A stretch of DNA of 50,054 nucleotides from a virus (Duplodnaviria; Caudoviricetes), in IMG/VR virus record IMGVR_UViG_3300020358_000009, positions 1-50,054 of that record; one strand, written 5' to 3'. The notes under the pieces are model-generated. The model did not search any database and was not told the origin of the DNA. It worked only from the letters and a program-made list of their open reading frames with translations. The position numbers and the translations under genes are program-made. Positions 45,464 through 50,054 of the stretch are shown here, piece by piece (position 1 is the stretch's first letter; the number at the start of each line of letters is the position of its first letter).

Positions 45464-46108
45464 TTATATTGCTTTAGCTGCTTCTTCAAGCGTTTCTCCT
45501 ATGTATTCGTGGAGGGATCCGAATGCATAGTAACCTGTTTTAAATTCACCCTCTCCATTTATATGTTTGTTAGCAAGATAATAAATATCTCCGTCAACAT
45601 GCTCTAAATCAGGTGTGTCCCATGAAACCCCACGAGTTTCCTCTCCATTTTCAAATTCAAACTCTGCACCCCAACCTTGTTCCTCTTCAAAATAATAACT
45701 AAAAGTTGGTATGTCTTTGACTAAAAACTCTAAGATGATGCTATCATCAATCGGCCCCCATGCTGAGGTAAATCTGTACGTCCCATCATCATACTCGTTA
45801 TCATAACAACCCCACTTTGTCCCCCAATTCTTGTAGGCCCAGTCGTACCAATTGTCATACCCATATCTATCTAATAGGTATTTTCGTCTCTCTTTTGTGA
45901 TTGGATAAGACTTGTGCTTAGCTGTCTCGTTTTCTTTCATTTGCTTTGCATATTCTTTCTCGCTCACTACTCTAGTCGGACTAGTGGTCTGTTCTAGTTC
46001 TTCAGGCATTGGCCTGTAGTATCTACATAGCCCTACTTTGGCTATCTCTTGTAGTTTTTTCTCGTACTTTTTTTGCACAGCTATCTGTGCGTAACAATGA
46101 TTCGGCAT
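45464..46108 (-). CDS. DUF1281/YubB ferredoxin-like domain protein
   Basis: MPNHC...PMPEEL...WYDW...NWGTKWG...F.SAWGP. Confidence 0.8.
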   Translation of the reverse strand: MPNHCYAQIAVQKKYEKKLQEIAKVGLCRYYRPMPEELEQTTSPTRVVSEKEYAKQMKENETAKHKSYPITKERRKYLLDRYGYDNWYDWAYKNWGTKWGCYDNEYDDGTYRFTSAWGPIDDSIILEFLVKDIPTFSYYFEEEQGWGAEFEFENGEETRGVSWDTPDLEHVDGDIYYLANKHINGEGEFKTGYYAFGSLHEYIGETLEEAAKAI

Positions 46109-46125
46109 AATATATTTAATTTAAA

Positions 46126-46312
46126 GTTACCTCCTTGGAGGGGCGTCTTTCCGTCCTGTCAGTCTTATTGTAATTATTGGTTTACTACCTTGAAGCTTGG
46201 AGTTTCAAGGCGTGAGTTCCAATTTAACATTTAAGCATTACAATGGCCTACATTAGCGACAACTAAGGATTTTTAATAACTCACATGAATAATTTAAAGA
46301 TGAGTGTGAACA
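46126..46312 (-). ncRNA. candidate structured ncRNA / leader
   Basis: Nested TGTC/GACA, ATTGTAAT/ATTACAAT, ATTGG/CCAAT, CCTTGAA/TTCAAGG stems, then a CG-GAAAGA-CG hairpin and CCTC-CAAG-GAGG. Confidence 0.55.
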
Positions 46313-46593
46313 CCGTTCCCCAAAGCGTTGTTCAACTCTGTGTACTTTTGTTCTATTTGACTTCTTATTTCTCTACCTGTTCGTGTCTCGAATCCATAGC
46401 TATGCATGTATAGTCCCTGCACAGGTTCATTCTCTATAAGAAAATGAAACATATCTGTAGGGTCTACGTGATGTTTCTTTGCGACTATTTCACAAGCTCT
46501 CTTCAAGGATTTGCAATCGTGTCGAGGTTGTCCGTAATTGTCAGTCAGGTATTCTTTGATACCTGATGCTGACCAGTTTTCTACTCTTTCCAT
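46294..46593 (-). CDS. hypothetical protein
   Basis: Start MERVENW preferred because it avoids overlap. Confidence 0.65.
   Translation of the reverse strand: MERVENWSASGIKEYLTDNYGQPRHDCKSLKRACEIVAKKHHVDPTDMFHFLIENEPVQGLYMHSYGFETRTGREIRSQIEQKYTELNNALGNGVHTHL
46299..46312 (+). repeat. GATGAGTGTGAACA repeat, copy 4
   Basis: Exact 14-mer at a gene end, at the start of the structured region. Confidence 0.85.
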
Positions 46594-46603
46594 AATGTTT
46601 AGT

Positions 46604-46873
46604 TTAGCAGGCTGCCCACCCAATGAATACATAATGTTTGTCTGTCTCATAATACACACACTCTCTTTTGTCTACCCTATCCAATGCTTCGTCATAAGCA
46701 TCGTCATCTTTAGGCTCGGATATCTTACCCTCCAATGAACACGTAGTAATTGTTCCGTTGTACGGATCGTGTCCGTACTCATACGACTCCTCTTCTCTTA
46801 AGGATTGGTATGCTTCTCTTGCTGATTTGTACTGCTTTTTACTTGCTTCGTAATGAATGTTTGTTGCTCCCAT
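46604..46873 (-). CDS. hypothetical early protein
   Basis: MGA...EYGHDPYNGTI...YVFIGWAAC; AATTAAATTATG start. Confidence 0.8.
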   Translation of the reverse strand: MGATNIHYEASKKQYKSAREAYQSLREEESYEYGHDPYNGTITTCSLEGKISEPKDDDAYDEALDRVDKRECVYYETDKHYVFIGWAAC

Positions 46874-46886
46874 AATTTAATTGTGT

Positions 46887-47342
46887 TTATTGATTATTAT
46901 TATATTCGTATCCGTTCTCTGTTAGTGTTTCTATGATGTCCTCTATAATATCATCTTTCATTATCTGATATAGATTCTCCAACGCATCTTCAACATATTG
47001 TGCATCAACGTCATCAACATAGATGGCATCAATATGAGTCTCTTGCATTGCCTCCATTAATACATCTGATAAATTGTTGTCGTAATAGTGTACGTCTGTG
47101 CTTACATCTATGTAATAGTTAGGTTCGTGTGCTATCCACACCTCGTACCCATCTGCTGTATCTTCTTGGTAGATAACAAAGTCACGTCTGCATGAATCTT
47201 CCTCTACTAATTCAAATCCGAAATGAATTTGTAGTTGTGCATGTCCCTTCTCAGGGTTGTCATAGTAGTCAGCCAACACATCTCTGTTGAATAACTCTTG
47301 AGAGATTATCTCTTCGGTAATTTGTTTTACTTGTTTTCCCAT
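46887..47342 (-). CDS. highly acidic early protein
   Basis: D/E-rich ORF with AATTAAATTATG start. Confidence 0.8.
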   Translation of the reverse strand: MGKQVKQITEEIISQELFNRDVLADYYDNPEKGHAQLQIHFGFELVEEDSCRRDFVIYQEDTADGYEVWIAHEPNYYIDVSTDVHYYDNNLSDVLMEAMQETHIDAIYVDDVDAQYVEDALENLYQIMKDDIIEDIIETLTENGYEYNNNQ

Positions 47343-47360
47343 AATTTAATTATTAATTGT

Positions 47361-47627
47361 TTATAAATGTCCTGCTATTTTTCTTTCTTCGCATTCGTAT
47401 CTCCACTCATGCTCTGCCTCTGAATCCTCGTGACCAGGGTGGTCGTATAATCCTGTCCCACTAACAAACTCTGTCTCGTTTAGCTTGTGGTCTATATCAT
47501 CTATCCACTCTTCTTCAATAGATAGTAGATACTCGTCAATCATATCTGTGTCAACTGAGTCAGGTATCTCTATCTCTAACTCTACAAACTTGTGGTATAC
47601 ACTACGTTGTTCGATTTTTACTTTCAT
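47361..47627 (-). CDS. acidic early protein
   Basis: ORF with AATTAAATTATG start. Confidence 0.8.
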   Translation of the reverse strand: MKVKIEQRSVYHKFVELEIEIPDSVDTDMIDEYLLSIEEEWIDDIDHKLNETEFVSGTGLYDHPGHEDSEAEHEWRYECEERKIAGHL

Positions 47628-47651
47628 AATTTAATTGTATTTAGTTAATGT

Positions 47652-48470
47652 TTATAGTTTAAGTCTGTTAATCTCTTTTATTGTTATGTTGTGACAACCT
47701 ACTTTTAACACGCTATCAAATGCATTTACAATAAACTTATTGTCTACCCTTTGACCTACAATATTCTTTTCTTTGATAAGTCTTAAAAGTCTTTTGCCTT
47801 CGTCTATAGATATCTTAACATTCTGTGATGTCTCAATAACATTGTTCTCCCTATCTACCCTTAAGTAGTCTTCATTTGTTTTGTTAACAAACCATGACGT
47901 CTTAAACGTGCGCCAGTCTTTTAACTTCTTCTGTGTCTCCTTAACTCTTATCTCTCTTTCTTTTTTGAGCTGTGTCTTTATGTCTTCTAATAGGTCTTCA
48001 CTATTACTATAGAAGCTTTTAAATAGTTTTAATATCTCCCTATGTTTCGGATTCTTTTTTGACTTTGTTCGCATCTTTTTAAAATCTATGTAATCAAAGT
48101 AACTTTTAAAGAGTCTGTCTATGGTGGTGTTATAGTAACTAGCCTTCAATCTAGTGCGAGACAATAACTTTAGAAGTTTTTTTATTTCACCTAAAACTAA
48201 ATCTGTATCTGTTTGGGTTATATAAAATTGTTTCTTGTCTCTAGTTGCGCTACTTAACAGACTTATATGTCTGCTCGTAGTGTTGCTGTACCCTCTATCG
48301 TTTATCATTATTGTGTTTGAGTCTATAAACTCTCCCAATATATAATGATTGCCATAAGAAAATATTCTTTTGTTATAGAAATACATAGATCCGTTTGACG
48401 TTCTGCCTTCGGTTTGGTTTTGCAAATTAAATGCATGTACTATCTCTGAATTTGTAAATACTGTTTTCAT
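47652..48470 (-). CDS. hypothetical early protein
   Basis: IFSYGNHY...YSNTTSRH...YLR...IETSQ...VGCHNI pattern seen in phage early genes. Confidence 0.8.
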   Translation of the reverse strand: MKTVFTNSEIVHAFNLQNQTEGRTSNGSMYFYNKRIFSYGNHYILGEFIDSNTIMINDRGYSNTTSRHISLLSSATRDKKQFYITQTDTDLVLGEIKKLLKLLSRTRLKASYYNTTIDRLFKSYFDYIDFKKMRTKSKKNPKHREILKLFKSFYSNSEDLLEDIKTQLKKEREIRVKETQKKLKDWRTFKTSWFVNKTNEDYLRVDRENNVIETSQNVKISIDEGKRLLRLIKEKNIVGQRVDNKFIVNAFDSVLKVGCHNITIKEINRLKL

Positions 48471-48480
48471 AATTTAGTTA

Positions 48481-48657
48481 TTAGTTAATAATATAGGCTT
48501 GTCCTTCTGCTTTTGTTGGCACTGATATGTCAAACGGATATCCTTCAGGTCTTACCCTTACTCGTCCAAATCCGTCTGTTCCGTCCTCTACTATGGTTGC
48601 TTGTGTTGTCCCACTACCATCTTTTAATGTTACTTTGTTTCCTTTTTTGTACTCCAT
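48481..48657 (-). CDS. small SH3-like hypothetical protein (58 aa, MEYKKGNKVTLKDG...)
   Basis: Read manually; carries the conserved start cassette. Confidence 0.7.
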   Translation of the reverse strand: MEYKKGNKVTLKDGSGTTQATIVEDGTDGFGRVRVRPEGYPFDISVPTKAEGQAYIIN

Positions 48658-48945
48658 AATTTAATTGTTATTTAGTTATTAATCTACTACTCCACCTCTG
48701 TAGTAATTTCTTATTGTGTGGTGTTTAGGAAAGAATTCTTCACTGTATCTTATCCTTACTTCATCACTTACAAACTTGTAATGACTTCCGTTACAATATT
48801 TCAATTGATTGTTTAATCTATAATACTGTGCAAATGACTCATCTGTATCAGGCCATTCCTCTGTTCTTACTAACTCACTTTTAGCACCTTGATAAGGTGA
48901 GTCCCAATATTCTACTTTCATAATTTAATTGTTATTTAGTTATTA
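48655..48945 (-). repeat. 27-bp direct repeat TAATAACTAAATAACAATTAAATTATG at gene junctions
   Basis: Identical copies at 48655-48681 and 48919-48945 flank ORF 48679-48921. Confidence 0.85.
48679..48921 (-). CDS. hypothetical early protein
   Basis: ORF ending YY.GGVVD; conserved start cassette. Confidence 0.75.
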   Translation of the reverse strand: MKVEYWDSPYQGAKSELVRTEEWPDTDESFAQYYRLNNQLKYCNGSHYKFVSDEVRIRYSEEFFPKHHTIRNYYRGGVVD

Positions 48946-49163
48946 TCTCTTGCGTATTCTATTACTTGTTGGTATACATCATCTTCTATGTAGTCCCAAA
49001 ATAAATTTGTAATGTCCATTCCATTTAAGTCTACGGATTCAATCTCCAAGTCCTCTTCTGGCGGCTGCTCGTATGTTCCTGTGTTGTAGTAGTATGAGTA
49101 GTCTATACTTATTTCATACTTCTCTCCTTTAATTGTGTACGTACCCTTGCTATTTATATTCAT
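48936..49163 (-). CDS. small acidic hypothetical protein
   Basis: GTYEQPPEE..EIESV.LNG.DIT motif. Confidence 0.75.
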   Translation of the reverse strand: MNINSKGTYTIKGEKYEISIDYSYYYNTGTYEQPPEEDLEIESVDLNGMDITNLFWDYIEDDVYQQVIEYARDNN

Positions 49164-49345
49164 ATGTCATAAATGTTTTTCTTGTTAATAAATATTTCTA
49201 CGCATTGCTCCACATCATCTGTGTGCATTATGCTGAATTGTCCTGAAGCAAAGTAATCTTTGTCCTCATCACCCACAAGTATCTGTAGGTCTCGATCTTG
49301 GTTTTTAATCTCTTGCAAGATTTCTACTAATTGTTTTACTTTCAT
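49160..49345 (-). CDS. hypothetical protein
   Basis: MKVKQLVEILQ start typical of phage small proteins. Confidence 0.7.
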   Translation of the reverse strand: MKVKQLVEILQEIKNQDRDLQILVGDEDKDYFASGQFSIMHTDDVEQCVEIFINKKNIYDI

Positions 49346-49363
49346 CTGTTTAGTGTTTATTAA

Positions 49364-49546
49364 TTAACAGCAATCGCATTTTGCCCATTGCTTACCATTC
49401 CTACAGGTCTCTCCCATAGGCCATTCGTTTATATCCCAAAAGAATATTTCGTTCTCATCTTCGTCAAACTCAGCCCATTCTAGGCAAGCTCCACATAACT
49501 CGTCACTTAAGTGACTTGGCTCTGCGCCACAACAATTACTCATCAT
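49364..49546 (-). CDS. small Cys-rich putative Zn-binding protein
   Basis: SNCCGA...CGAC and CRNGK...CDCC. Confidence 0.7.
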   Translation of the reverse strand: MMSNCCGAEPSHLSDELCGACLEWAEFDEDENEIFFWDINEWPMGETCRNGKQWAKCDCC

Positions 49547-49565
49547 ATCTATTTAGTATTTATAT

Positions 49566-49739
49566 TTAATATCCTTCCATTTCTACCCATTGCTCGTAAC
49601 TTCTGTAGCCAACACGCACATAAATAATAGACTCTAATGACTCTACATTTGTTCCGTTGATACTGCATACTAATCTCATTTCTTCTTCGGTTGCGATGCT
49701 CATTACATCGTCCCATACTTGATTAAATTTGTCTCTCAT
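49566..49739 (-). CDS. hypothetical protein (57 aa, MRDKFNQVWDDVMSIATEEEMRLV...)
   Basis: Read manually; below the track cutoff. Confidence 0.7.
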   Translation of the reverse strand: MRDKFNQVWDDVMSIATEEEMRLVCSINGTNVESLESIIYVRVGYRSYEQWVEMEGY

Positions 49740-49755
49740 AATATCTATATTGTGT

Positions 49756-49947
49756 TTATTGATTAATAAATTGTTCTAACTCTTTTATTCTTTGTATAAT
49801 AAAGGCAGTATTCATTCCGTTGTTAGGGTCGTTGTAATAAGACTTCAACCTAACAATATTATCTTTAGCATCTTTTATGTCTAATGCCTTGCGTATTATC
49901 TCGTCTGTGTAGAGGTTTACTCTTTGTTCTTGTTCCATTTCTGTCAT
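49756..49947 (-). CDS. hypothetical protein
   Basis: ORF in the early array. Confidence 0.65.
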   Translation of the reverse strand: MTEMEQEQRVNLYTDEIIRKALDIKDAKDNIVRLKSYYNDPNNGMNTAFIIQRIKELEQFINQ

Positions 49948-49949
49948 AT

Positions 49950-50054
49950 CTATTTATTTAATTGATTAATAAATTCTGCTACTACTTTATATACTTTGTC
50001 TATATCACAAGTCATAACTGCATCTGCAATATGCTTACTCATGTGTTCTTGATA
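49950..50054 (-). CDS. partial hypothetical protein (C-terminus; 5' end outside the window)
   Basis: Open frame ...YQEHMSKHIADAVMTCDIDKVYKVVAEFINQLNK*. Confidence 0.5.
   Translation of the reverse strand, partial: YQEHMSKHIADAVMTCDIDKVYKVVAEFINQLNK

Noticed and set aside
46860-48945. CRISPR array or integron attC cassettes
   Set aside because: The repeats are AT-rich translation-start junctions separated by whole genes; no palindromic repeats, cas genes or integrase
1-50054. Alternative genetic code (stop recoding as in some crAss-like phages)
   Set aside because: Long genes are intact in code 11, and TAA, TAG and TGA all serve as stops at tightly packed junctions

Overview
AT-rich (about 30-35% GC) near-complete genome segment of a tailed dsDNA phage with podovirus-type architecture. 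The host is most likely a marine Bacteroidota/Flavobacteriia, inferred from TAnnTTTG -7 promoter boxes, A-rich translation starts without Shine-Dalgarno, and a structural module resembling phi38:1-like and crAss-like phages. The plus strand (1-33410) carries the late genes: small basic proteins, a GTA Rcc01079-like head-spike base, a lysis cassette, a YadA-repeat fibre, a GroES-like protein, terminases, portal, scaffold, major capsid, ring and muzzle tail proteins, and three ejection/internal virion proteins. The minus strand (33411-50054) carries early and middle genes: DUF5664 diphosphohydrolase, metallophosphoesterase, two DnaA-domain-IV-like proteins, nucleases, SF2 helicase, primase-helicase, SSB, RecE-like exonuclease, Sak, GP88, a C5 methyltransferase and many small ORFs. 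No DNA/RNA polymerase, integrase, tRNA, RT or CRISPR array was seen. The most striking signals are hidden multi-frame coding in essential late genes: a +1-frame ORF with a lipoprotein-like signal inside the terminase ATPase region, an A10 slippery site plus hairpin leading to an Arg/aromatic -1-frame tail near the start of the 2205-aa virion protein gene, and a nested MPFKSQAQR basic-protein gene deeper in that gene. Each coincides with a local GC rise. There is also a 14-bp element (GATGAGTGTGAACA) present four times and associated with RNA hairpins. Family assignments come from motif recognition only; no searches were run.
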